Shown in pieces: positions 18,840 to 26,826 of a DNA stretch of 55,113 bases (positions within the stretch are counted from its first letter, which is position 1; every line of letters begins with the position of its first letter). The DNA is from Candidatus Dormiibacterota bacterium (GTDB lineage: Bacteria; Chloroflexota; Dormibacteria; Dormibacterales; Dormibacteraceae), in assembly GCA_040004595.1 (NCBI GenBank), contig JBDUAO010000001.1, positions 1-55,113 of the forward strand, given 5' to 3'. A model generated the notes under the pieces. The model made no database searches. It was not told the DNA's origin and was given only the letters and a program-made list of their open reading frames with translations. A program made the translations under genes and the position numbers.

Positions 18840-19552
18840 GACGGGACGAGGTCCAGGAAGATCTCCTGATTGCCGTCGGCGCCGGGCAGCTCGGAGGGGG
18901 CCTCCGCACGAAGCTTGTACCCATTGGCGAGGCACCACGAACGAAAGCCGTTCAGCGCCCCCTCGATAACGCCCAGATCTCTGACGACACCGCCCTTGCC
19001 CACGTCAGCGCGCCCGACCTGAAACTGCGGCTTGAAGAGCGCTACGACCTCAGCCGCAGGCGCCGCGAGACGCATGGCAGGAAGGATCTTCTCCAGGCCG
19101 ATGAACGAAACATCGATGACGATCAGGCATACCGTTTCGGGAAATGACTCCATCTCTCGTGCGTTGACCCGCTCGATCACGACGACCCGCGGATCCTGGC
19201 GCAGCCGCCAGTGCAGCAAGCCGCGCCCGACGTCGATTGCATAGACCCTGGCGGCCCCACGCCTCAGCAGGATGTCAGTGAAGCCACCGGTCGAAGCGCC
19301 GATGTCCGCGCAGACGAGGCCGGCAGGGTCGACCCCGAATGTGGTGAGCGCCGGTGCTAACTTCAGCGCGCCCCGGCTTGCGTAGGCAGGACCCTCTTCG
19401 ACCGAGATCGCGGCGTCGTTGCTCACTGAGCGATCAGGGCGCCGGACCGTCTCACCGGCGACCCGCACCTTGCCGGCAATGATCAGCGCCTGCGCCCGCT
19501 CCCTTGATTCGGCCAGGCCGCTTCTGGTAACCAGGATGTCCAGCCGCGGCAC
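18836..19552 (-). CDS. tlyA: TlyA-family rRNA 2'-O-methyltransferase (S4 plus FtsJ-like domain)
   Basis: 238 aa. It has an N-terminal S4-like RLDILV...SRERAQALI segment and the SAM motif DIGASTGGFTD. Confidence 0.85.
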   Translation of the reverse strand: MPRLDILVTRSGLAESRERAQALIIAGKVRVAGETVRRPDRSVSNDAAISVEEGPAYASRGALKLAPALTTFGVDPAGLVCADIGASTGGFTDILLRRGAARVYAIDVGRGLLHWRLRQDPRVVVIERVNAREMESFPETVCLIVIDVSFIGLEKILPAMRLAAPAAEVVALFKPQFQVGRADVGKGGVVRDLGVIEGALNGFRSWCLANGYKLRAEAPSELPGADGNQEIFLDLVPS

Positions 19553-19554
19553 AG

Positions 19555-19968
19555 TTAAAGAATGAGCCCGGCCGCCACGCCAAGGACCGCGCCCACGAGC
19601 ACCTCCACCGGCGTGTGGCCCAGAAGCTCACGAAGCTTCTGCTCCTGGACACCCCGCATGTGGACGAGGTCTTCGACCAGCCGGTTGAGGATGGCCGCCT
19701 GCCGGCCGGCGGCACGGCGCAGCCCTGCGGCGTCATACATGACCACAAACGAGAAGATAAGGGCGATCGCGAACGCGGCGGAAGTGACGCCCGCATGTTT
19801 GCCGACCGCGGTGGTCAAGCCCATCACGATGGCACTGTGGCTGCTGGGCATCCCGCCGGTCACGGCAAGCACCCGCAGGTTCAGCCGGCGAGCACGCACC
19901 GAGTACAGGATCACCTTGGCGGTCTGGGCGATCGTCCAGGCGACCAGCGGCGCGAGCAGATAGGTCAT
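19555..19968 (-). CDS. divergent PAP2 / DUF212 (YuiD-like) membrane protein
   Basis: The GGMPSSHSA motif and the hydrophobic profile fit this family. ATG 19968 forms an ATGA overlap with the xseB stop. The upstream part of the tracked ORF overlaps xseB. Confidence 0.75.
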   Translation of the reverse strand: MTYLLAPLVAWTIAQTAKVILYSVRARRLNLRVLAVTGGMPSSHSAIVMGLTTAVGKHAGVTSAAFAIALIFSFVVMYDAAGLRRAAGRQAAILNRLVEDLVHMRGVQEQKLRELLGHTPVEVLVGAVLGVAAGLIL

Positions 19969-20204
19969 GTCTTGAGGGCGACGACGAGCTGGTCGGCGCG
20001 CGCCTTGAGCGACTCGAGGCGTCGCTCTGCCTCCGACAGCAGGCCTGCCGCCTGCTGGTGGGCCGTGACCAGCTCGTCCAGCGGGGCCGAGCCCTCCGCC
20101 AGCAGAGCGATGTTGGTCTCGAGCCGCGCCAGTAACGCCTCGAAGGCGAGCGCCTGGACGTCGGCTCCCTCCTCGGGAAAGGGCAGCTGCTGGGAAGTCG
20201 TCAT
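19965..20204 (-). CDS. xseB: exodeoxyribonuclease VII small subunit
   Basis: 79-aa helical protein. The FEEALxxLExxxxxLExGxxxLDE pattern is typical of XseB. An ATGA overlap links it to the nusB stop. Confidence 0.7.
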   Translation of the reverse strand: MTTSQQLPFPEEGADVQALAFEALLARLETNIALLAEGSAPLDELVTAHQQAAGLLSEAERRLESLKARADQLVVALKT

Positions 20205-20605
20205 GTGACGCTCGCCGCGACCCTGCCAAGGATGCCGTTCACGAAGCGCCCGGCCTCCTCACCCGAGAACGTCTTGGCCAGCTCGATCGACTCATTGATG
20301 GCGGCCTTGGTCGGGACATGCCGGTCAATGGTGATCTCATACACGGCGATGCGAAGAACGATGCGGTCGACCTTGGCCATCTGCTCGATCTTCCAATGCT
20401 CCGAGGTGGCGGAGAGGATGCCGTCAAGCTTTTCCTGGTTGACGATCACGCCACGGACGAGCTGGCCGGCGAAATGTGCCACGTCGCTGGTCGCGGCGCC
20501 CTCGGCTGCGTGGTAGCGCAGCACTTCCTCAGGATCGTCGCCCGAGCTCTCCAGCTGAAACAGGACCTTGAGCGCGAGCTCTCTCGCCTGGTGGCGTTTG
20601 CCCAA
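20201..20605 (-). CDS. nusB: transcription antitermination factor NusB
   Basis: 134 aa. The RHQARELALKVLFQLE N-terminus and the NEAIELAK-like segment are typical of NusB. Confidence 0.9.
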   Translation of the reverse strand: MGKRHQARELALKVLFQLESSGDDPEEVLRYHAAEGAATSDVAHFAGQLVRGVIVNQEKLDGILSATSEHWKIEQMAKVDRIVLRIAVYEITIDRHVPTKAAINESIELAKTFSGEEAGRFVNGILGRVAASVT

Positions 20606-20608
20606 GCC

Positions 20609-20986
20609 TTACTGGGCGAACGCGACGCTCGAGACGAAGACGTTGACCTCCCCCACTTCCAGGCCGAGCATTCGCTCGGTCGCTTCGACGACATTCGCCT
20701 GGACTGCGCTCGCCACCTCCCCGAGCTTGCCCTCCGAGTCGACGGTGATGAACACCTCGAGGTGGATGGAACGGTCCGCCTCGACCTGGACGCGAACACC
20801 CCGATGTGCGGTCTGACGGCGCACCCAGTCGCCGAAATGGCGGGCGGCAGTCTCGTCCATGTCTGCAACGCCTTCGACCTCACAAGCGGCCAGTGCGGCG
20901 ATGCTGGCGATCACCTCGTTGGCGACGCGGACCGCGCCGAGTGAGCCGTTCGATCCCATCCCGGCAGGATACCAGCCGACGCGCAA
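20609..20986 (-). CDS. Asp23/Gls24-family alkaline shock protein
   Basis: 125 aa with the VxIANEVIASIAALAAxEVEGV pattern typical of Asp23 proteins. The start could also be the internal ATG at MGSNGS. Confidence 0.85.
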   Translation of the reverse strand: MRVGWYPAGMGSNGSLGAVRVANEVIASIAALAACEVEGVADMDETAARHFGDWVRRQTAHRGVRVQVEADRSIHLEVFITVDSEGKLGEVASAVQANVVEATERMLGLEVGEVNVFVSSVAFAQ

Positions 20987-20997
20987 AGTCGAGGCTC

Positions 20998-21555
20998 CTA
21001 CGCTCGCTCCATGTAAGTGCCGGTCCGGGTGTCGACCCTGATGACGTCGCCGGGCTGGATGAACAGCGGGACCTGAATCCTGGCCCCGGTTTCGAGCTTC
21101 GCGGGCTTGGTCGCCCCTGAAACCGTGTCGCCCTTGAAACCAGGGTCCGTGTCGGCCACCTTCAGCTCGACGTTGATGGGCAGCTCCACGCCAATCAGCT
21201 TGTCCTGGTATCGCTGGAGATACGCGGAGCTTCCTTCTTTCAGGAACGGCAGCACGTCCGCGATCATGTCCTCGTCGACAGCGACCTGGTCGTAGGTCTG
21301 CGTGTCCATGAAGTAGTGGTGGTTGCCGTCTCCGTACAGATATGAGGCTTCTTTCTTGTCGATGCGGACGGTTTTGTACTTGTCGCCGCTTCGAAAGCTC
21401 TGCTCGAATATCGACCCGGTCAGCAGATTGCGCAGCTTGGCTTTGATCACCGCTCCTGCCCGGGCCAGCTTGATGTGCTCGACGCTGACGACGCTCAGAA
21501 GCTGCCCTTCCATCTCGAACATGGTCCCGTTGCGAAAGTCATTGGACGAGATCAC
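20998..21555 (-). CDS. efp: elongation factor P (Arg at the modification-loop position)
   Basis: 185 aa that aligns along its whole length with EF-P (SNDFRNG..., DTDPGFKGDT, VPLFIQPGDVIRVDTRTGTY). The loop reads IKLARAGAV. Confidence 0.95.
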   Translation of the reverse strand: MISSNDFRNGTMFEMEGQLLSVVSVEHIKLARAGAVIKAKLRNLLTGSIFEQSFRSGDKYKTVRIDKKEASYLYGDGNHHYFMDTQTYDQVAVDEDMIADVLPFLKEGSSAYLQRYQDKLIGVELPINVELKVADTDPGFKGDTVSGATKPAKLETGARIQVPLFIQPGDVIRVDTRTGTYMERA

Positions 21556-21980
21556 TTCGCTGTGAGAAAGTCCATCGCGAGGAGATAACCGTCAAATCCG
21601 AGGCCGGTGATCACGCCCCTGGCCGCGCGCGCAGTCACGCTTCTGGACCGGAACTCCTCGCGCGCGTGGATGTTGGAGATGTGAACCTCGACTGTCGTCA
21701 CCTCGAGCGATTGCAGGCAATCGAAGAGAGCGAGCGAGTAGTGGGACAGCGCCCCAGGGTTGATCACGATGCCCAGCGAACCTGGCGCTTCCTTCTGCAG
21801 GAAATCGATCAGCTCGCCCTCGTGGTTGCTCTGCAAGACACTGACCTTGACACCAAGCTTTCGGGCTTTCGCACGCACCGTCTTGACCAGGTCGGCGTGG
21901 GAGCGTGTGCCGTAGATGTGAGGCTCCCGCTTTCCGAGCAGGTTCAGGTTCGGCCCGTTGACGATCACGATGCGTTTCAC
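21552..21980 (-). CDS. aroQ: type II 3-dehydroquinate dehydratase
   Basis: IVIVNGPNLNLLGKREPHIYG is the type II DHQase signature. GTG 21980 forms a GTGA overlap with the aroB stop. Confidence 0.9.
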   Translation of the reverse strand: MKRIVIVNGPNLNLLGKREPHIYGTRSHADLVKTVRAKARKLGVKVSVLQSNHEGELIDFLQKEAPGSLGIVINPGALSHYSLALFDCLQSLEVTTVEVHISNIHAREEFRSRSVTARAARGVITGLGFDGYLLAMDFLTAK

Positions 21981-23053
21981 GCGAGAGCCTTTCGCAGGAC
22001 GCGGCTGACTATCGCACCTGGCACCGCGTGACCGGTCTCCGCGTGGCCGAGGCGCCTTGGCAGCACCCACGCCACCTTGCCTCGGCGAGCCTTCTTGTCA
22101 CGAGGGATCGCGGCGAGAACCTTAGCCAGCTCCGCCGCGGGAGGCCGATCCGGCAAGCCGTATGCCGTCAGCATTGCGTCCTGCGCTTCCACGAATCGCT
22201 TCGTGCAGAGATCCATTGAGAACGCGATCCGCGATGCGACGCGCATGCCAAACGCCACCGCCCGGCCGTGTGAGATGCGAAAGCCGGTCGCGGCCTCGAG
22301 CGCATGGCCGGCGGTGTGGCCATAGTTGAGGATCGCGCGAGGTCCGGCCTCGCGCTCGTCCTTCGCCACGACCAGCGCTTTCGCCATCACACACTGGAAG
22401 ACCACCTTCTCGAGCGCTGCGCGGTCTCCGGCGACGAGCCGGTCGTGGTTTTTCAGCAACACCTCGTAAAGACCGCGGTCCATGGCAACGGCGTACTTTA
22501 CAACCTCGGCGAACGCTTCCCTGAAGTTCACGGGCGGCAGGGTTTCGAGGAACGCGAGGTCAGCGATTACCGCTGCCGGTTGCCAGAACGCGCCGACTGC
22601 GTTCTTGGAGCGCCGGCCGTTGACACCGGTCTTGCCGCCGATGCTCGAATCCACCATCGCCAGCAGCGTCGTCGGGACCTGCACCACCCGGATCCCACGC
22701 TGCCAGACCGCGGCGCCAAAGCCCGCGAGGTCGCCGACCGTCCCGCCTCCCACGGCGATGACGCAGCCTCCCCTGTCCACCTGCTGGCGCTCGAGAAATG
22801 CGAGTAGACCACCAAGAGCGTCCATCGACTTGGAGCGCTCTCCGGGAGGGATCACATGGATCGGAGACTTCACGCCCGCGCGCTTGATGGTCTTGGCGAC
22901 CTTCTTGGCCCATGGCAGAACGTTGGAGTCGGTGACGATCGGCGCGGACGTTGCGTCGAGTCGCGCAACCGCGCTTCGAAGCTCGCGATTGAGGTTGCTC
23001 CCGATGGCGACGGGATAGCTCCCGGCCGGCGCTTCGATGATCAGTCGGACCAA
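21977..23053 (-). CDS. aroB: 3-dehydroquinate synthase
   Basis: 358 aa with GGGTVGDLAGF and VPTTLLAMVDSSIGGKTGVN motifs. Confidence 0.9.
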   Translation of the reverse strand: MVRLIIEAPAGSYPVAIGSNLNRELRSAVARLDATSAPIVTDSNVLPWAKKVAKTIKRAGVKSPIHVIPPGERSKSMDALGGLLAFLERQQVDRGGCVIAVGGGTVGDLAGFGAAVWQRGIRVVQVPTTLLAMVDSSIGGKTGVNGRRSKNAVGAFWQPAAVIADLAFLETLPPVNFREAFAEVVKYAVAMDRGLYEVLLKNHDRLVAGDRAALEKVVFQCVMAKALVVAKDEREAGPRAILNYGHTAGHALEAATGFRISHGRAVAFGMRVASRIAFSMDLCTKRFVEAQDAMLTAYGLPDRPPAAELAKVLAAIPRDKKARRGKVAWVLPRRLGHAETGHAVPGAIVSRVLRKALA

Positions 23054-23538
23054 AGCTTCAGGATGTCCTCCGCGACAACGTCTTCCGGGCGGTCCCCATC
23101 GACGCGGTGGATGGCCTCCATGTAGCGAGTCCGCCGCTCTCCGTGCAGGGCCTCGAGCTCTGCACGAGTTCTGCTCGCCAGCAGCGGTCGGTTGGCCGTG
23201 CCTTTGATCCTGTCCCAGATCGTTTCAAAGCCACAGTCGATGAAGACCGTGGTCGATCGCTCGACGATGATCTTCCAATTCGCATCGTCGATGGGCGCGC
23301 CACCTCCAAGTGCGACAACGGCGCCAGGTTGCAGCAGGCCAGGGAGGAGCCGTGATTCCATGGCTCGAAAGGCGGCCTCACCCTTAGTCTCGAAGATATC
23401 GGTGATCGACATCCCAGCTTCGTTCTCGATGGCGAAATCGAGGTCGTGGAAAGGCGCTCCGGCGCGCTGAGCGACTAGGACTCCGACCACGGACTTGCCG
23501 CAGCCCATGAAACCGATGATCGCCAGCGCGGACTTCAG
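23041..23538 (-). CDS. aroK: shikimate kinase (probable CTG start)
   Basis: The Walker A GxxGCGKS would start at residue 2 if ATG 23508 were used. The upstream in-frame sequence encodes LKSALAIIGF, which is the normal beta1 strand. CTG 23538 forms a CTGA overlap with the upstream stop. Confidence 0.8.
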   Translation of the reverse strand: MKSALAIIGFMGCGKSVVGVLVAQRAGAPFHDLDFAIENEAGMSITDIFETKGEAAFRAMESRLLPGLLQPGAVVALGGGAPIDDANWKIIVERSTTVFIDCGFETIWDRIKGTANRPLLASRTRAELEALHGERRTRYMEAIHRVDGDRPEDVVAEDILKLWSD

Positions 23539-24050
23539 ACGCCGCTGGGGTGTGGTTGGGCGGCTGGACCCCCGGTGCGACGCTTTTCCGACTGCACGAA
23601 CACTTGGTCTCGGAAGATTCCGGGGTTCGGCAGATGATCCAGCACCTCGGCGCCCTGCGCGCCGGCGGCATCGACCTCAACCCTGCCGTACCCAAGCATC
23701 CTGCCGATAAGCGATTGCTTGGTGGTGCAGTCCTGGACCCGGTCGATCGGGATCATCTTCGACTGGCGGCCAAACACACCGGTCTCGATCTTGATGCGCT
23801 GGTCGGTCAGCGTGTACGAGGTTGACTGCCATCGGATCCACACGACGATCAACCACAGGACAGCAATGGCTATCGCACCAAGCGTGACGATGAGCCGAAG
23901 GTTCTCGATGCCGGTGTTGGTGGCGGTGAAATCGACGACCACCGCCACTATCAACAGGACGATCGGCGCGGCGAGCGACTTGACGACGACAATCCAGTGT
24001 GGGTGGTCCTTGAGGACCAGGGTTTCGCCGGGAAGGAGTTGACTAGTCAT
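23535..24050 (-). CDS. bacterial PH-domain (bPH_2/YdbS-like) membrane protein
   Basis: 171 aa. Two TM helices are followed by the YTLTDQRIxIxxGxFxRxxxxIPxxRVQD pattern. Confidence 0.7.
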   Translation of the reverse strand: MTSQLLPGETLVLKDHPHWIVVVKSLAAPIVLLIVAVVVDFTATNTGIENLRLIVTLGAIAIAVLWLIVVWIRWQSTSYTLTDQRIKIETGVFGRQSKMIPIDRVQDCTTKQSLIGRMLGYGRVEVDAAGAQGAEVLDHLPNPGIFRDQVFVQSEKRRTGGPAAQPHPSGV

Positions 24051-24067
24051 CGCGGCATATTGTCACT

Positions 24068-24127
24068 TATGAGAGGGGACCCGGATGGTCCCCCCGCGTC
24101 GGCGGGGACCCCGGCCAACCCTGCCGC
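24068..24127. repeat. GC-hairpin repeat element, short copy (60 nt)
   Basis: It has the same 28-nt and 24-nt termini as 15458-15659 in inverted orientation, with only 8 nt between them. It contains GGGGACC / GGTCCCC / GGGGACC, which could form alternative hairpins. Confidence 0.8.
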
Positions 24128-24150
24128 AATGGTTCCAAGTTCCTGTCGGG

Positions 24151-24780
24151 TTACGGGAGTAGGTACAGGACGATCAGCGCGCCGGCCGCCAGGTAGGGGC
24201 CGTACGCGAGCGTGCCTTTCGTCGAGCGTCGCCAGACGATCATCCCAACCGAGACCACCCCTGCCATGAACACACCGTAAAACAGCGCCTGGACTGTGGG
24301 CAGCGGGCCGAGGAGCAGGCCCATGAACGCGGCGAGCTTCACGTCGCCGAAACCGAGCGCCTCGGCCTTGAAGATCGCTGAACCGGCGAGCGCCAGGAGA
24401 AGAAACAACAGACCCGCGCCAAGTCCCGCGGCGATGCCCACCCACCACGGGTCGCCAAACAAGCTCACCACTAGAGCCAGCACCATAGCCGGAAAAATCA
24501 CCCGGTCCAGGATCAGCCGGTGCTCGAAGTCGAAGAAGATCACCTGGATCAGCACCAGGATGAAAACGCTCTTTATCAACAGCGGCGGCGTCATGCCGAA
24601 GTGGAAGGCAAACACGCCGAACAGGATCGCTGTGAGAACGGGAGGGCCCACGTCCTGCCAGCGCAGGTGGCCCGGCTCCAGACCCTCGAGGATGGCCAGG
24701 CGTGCCGAACCCCAGCGCACGACCCAGCCGGCGGCGGCGCCGACGACCGCCCAACCGACGGTCAGCAGCAGGATGTTCAC
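24151..24780 (-). CDS. A24-family prepilin peptidase (CpaA/TadV-size, no N-terminal methyltransferase domain)
   Basis: It is a polytopic membrane protein with the FGDVKL catalytic Asp motif and an earlier D-containing loop. GTG 24780 forms a GTGA overlap with the aroE stop. Confidence 0.8.
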   Translation of the reverse strand: MNILLLTVGWAVVGAAAGWVVRWGSARLAILEGLEPGHLRWQDVGPPVLTAILFGVFAFHFGMTPPLLIKSVFILVLIQVIFFDFEHRLILDRVIFPAMVLALVVSLFGDPWWVGIAAGLGAGLLFLLLALAGSAIFKAEALGFGDVKLAAFMGLLLGPLPTVQALFYGVFMAGVVSVGMIVWRRSTKGTLAYGPYLAAGALIVLYLLP

Positions 24781-25550
24781 GGCGCCAAAGTTTGGCGCAT
24801 GGCGGCCAGTGGCGCGGCTTTTCCGGTCCACACCTCGAAGGACGCCGCCCCCTGCGCCAGGAGGACGCTCCATCCGTCGGCTGTTCGGAGACCAAGGGAA
24901 CGTGCCTTGCGGACCAATGGAGTCCCGCCCATCACATAGACGAGGTCGATCACGGCTCCCTCCCTGGGCAGAGCGGCAGGGCGGACCGGCATCTCGTCCT
25001 TTCGACCCAGCGGAGTCGCGTTCAAAAGCAGGTCCGCCGACCGGGTCAGGCCGGGAAGCGCGGCGTCGCCCCAGCCGATGACCGTCCCCGGAAGGTCGTC
25101 CTCCTCCGGATGCCTGGAGACGAATGTCAGATGGGCGCCCCCGAGCGCGACCGCCGCAGCCCGAGCAGATCCCCCTCCGCCCAGGATCACGACGTTGGCT
25201 CCCTTCGGCTCGAGGCCCACCTCGCCAATCGCAGTGCGTACGCCAGCGACGTCCGTGTTAGAACCCAACAGACGTTCCCCATCGCGGGCGATCGTGTTCA
25301 CGGCGTGCGCCCGCATGGCGTCGGGGTCGACACCGTCGAGGCGCGCCATGACTGCCTGCTTGTGTGGGATCGTTACGTTGGCGCCCGCGACATCCGCAGC
25401 TCTCAGCCGATCGACAGCAGCCGGCAGATCGCCAGAGCTCACATCCAGCAACTCGTAGCTCCAGTCGAGCTCCAGGGCAGCGAAGGCGGCATTGTGCATG
25501 GCGGGGCTGCGCGAATAGGCAATCCCGTGACCGAGGAGATAGACCTTCAG
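24777..25550 (-). CDS. aroE: shikimate dehydrogenase (probable CTG start)
   Basis: The tracked ORF starts inside the conserved SRSPAMHNAAF motif. The upstream in-frame sequence encodes KVYLLGHGIAY. CTG 25550 forms a CTGA overlap with the mltG stop. Confidence 0.85.
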   Translation of the reverse strand: MKVYLLGHGIAYSRSPAMHNAAFAALELDWSYELLDVSSGDLPAAVDRLRAADVAGANVTIPHKQAVMARLDGVDPDAMRAHAVNTIARDGERLLGSNTDVAGVRTAIGEVGLEPKGANVVILGGGGSARAAAVALGGAHLTFVSRHPEEDDLPGTVIGWGDAALPGLTRSADLLLNATPLGRKDEMPVRPAALPREGAVIDLVYVMGGTPLVRKARSLGLRTADGWSVLLAQGAASFEVWTGKAAPLAAMRQTLAP

Positions 25551-26584
25551 CTTCCGCTCAGACCGTAGGTCGCTATGTCCCGGCTGAAATCCTGCTGGTT
25601 GGTTTCGAAGTGGGTCACTCCCTTTCGATCAGTGAAGTAGAAGAGGAGGTTCGTCTTTGGCGGGTTGATGCAGGCGAGGATCGCGGCCCTGCCCGGGTTG
25701 CCGATCGGGCCCGGCGGCAGGCCGGCGTGCTTGCGAGTGTTATACGGCGAGTTGACCTGAAGCTCCGCAAAGGTGGGCTCCGGCGTCAAGCGCCCCAGCG
25801 CATACAGCAGGGTGGCATCCACGCCGAGGGGGATGTTCTGCCGAAGGCGGTTGTAGTAGACACTGCAGACCTTCCCTCGGTCGGTGCTGGTATTGGCCTC
25901 GCGGTCGACCATCGACGCCAGAATGACGATGGACTCCAAAGTCTCGGCGGGTCGATTGGCGGTGGCCTTCGCGATCTGGGCACGGAGAGCAGTGCTGAAA
26001 ACGACCCCGAACTGGGTGAGCTGTGCTTTGACGAGACCACGAACGTCGCCGGGATCGACGAGGTAGGTGTCAGGGAACAGGTATCCCTCCAGGGCCGGCT
26101 TGGCATGGGCCGGCCGCGAAGCCAGGAAGTCGAAAGACGAGGACCATGACGGCTCCGCGGCGATGGTGAGGTAGTCCGTGGCCTTGCCCAGCCCCGATCG
26201 CTCGACGTATTTGGCTTGCTCTCGCAGCGGAAAGCCTTCCGGGATGGTCACTGTTATCTGGGTCGACTTGCCGTGTTGTAGAGAGTCCACGATCTGGACC
26301 ATGGTCATGTTGCGGTTGAGCTGGAACGCTCCTGCCTGAAAGGTCCTGGCGGTACCAGTCAGCCGGAGATAAAGGTCGAAAGCGTTTTTGTCCCGGATGA
26401 GGCGCTGCGCGAGGAGGTCATCGGCGACCTGGCTGGGAACCTCTCCCGGGTCGATGTGGAAAACCACCGGCTCGCTGGCCGATGAGACCGGGGTGTTGAC
26501 GTTGTAGTTCCACCAGTCATAGCCGCGGGAGGTGCCGAAGCCCAGAACCGCGATCACGACAAGCGCCGAGAGGAGCCGTTTCAT
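25547..26584 (-). CDS. mltG: endolytic murein transglycosylase MltG (YceG-like)
   Basis: 345 aa with an N-terminal TM helix and YceG-type motifs (IPEGF, ASMVDREA, YNTRKHAGLPPGPIGNPG). Confidence 0.9.
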   Translation of the reverse strand: MKRLLSALVVIAVLGFGTSRGYDWWNYNVNTPVSSASEPVVFHIDPGEVPSQVADDLLAQRLIRDKNAFDLYLRLTGTARTFQAGAFQLNRNMTMVQIVDSLQHGKSTQITVTIPEGFPLREQAKYVERSGLGKATDYLTIAAEPSWSSSFDFLASRPAHAKPALEGYLFPDTYLVDPGDVRGLVKAQLTQFGVVFSTALRAQIAKATANRPAETLESIVILASMVDREANTSTDRGKVCSVYYNRLRQNIPLGVDATLLYALGRLTPEPTFAELQVNSPYNTRKHAGLPPGPIGNPGRAAILACINPPKTNLLFYFTDRKGVTHFETNQQDFSRDIATYGLSGS

Positions 26585-26826
26585 TCGACCTGGTCCTTCT
26601 CGAGTGCGGCTATGACCTGCTGGAACTCGTCTCCCTCGACCGTCTCCAGGGCGCCGCCCACCTCCCTCAGCAGCAACACCTGCGTTGGGTCGTCGACGTT
26701 CTCGACGAGGTAATAGACACCGCCGTCGTGATTGAACGCGTCGTGCAGCGAAAACTGACGCTCGTGGCCGCTCTCATCGATGAGCGTTATCGGCTTGGCC
26801 TCATCGGGCTCTTGTTCAGCGGACAC
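26581..26826 (-). CDS. DUF1292-family small protein
   Basis: 81-aa acidic protein with an ITLIDESGxExxFxL...YYLV pattern. Its position between ruvX and mltG matches Firmicutes. Confidence 0.75.
   Translation of the reverse strand: MSAEQEPDEAKPITLIDESGHERQFSLHDAFNHDGGVYYLVENVDDPTQVLLLREVGGALETVEGDEFQQVIAALEKDQVE

Noticed and set aside
24047-24895. 282-aa minus-strand ORF overlapping the prepilin-peptidase gene, and many similar ORFs of 60-300 aa across the window (for example 8219-8800, 9655-10377, 27295-28197, 53805-54401)
   Set aside because: These are alternative-frame or antisense ORFs with Arg/Pro/Gly/Ala-rich composition. Each overlaps a gene with clear family motifs. This is expected from stop-codon depletion in high-GC DNA.
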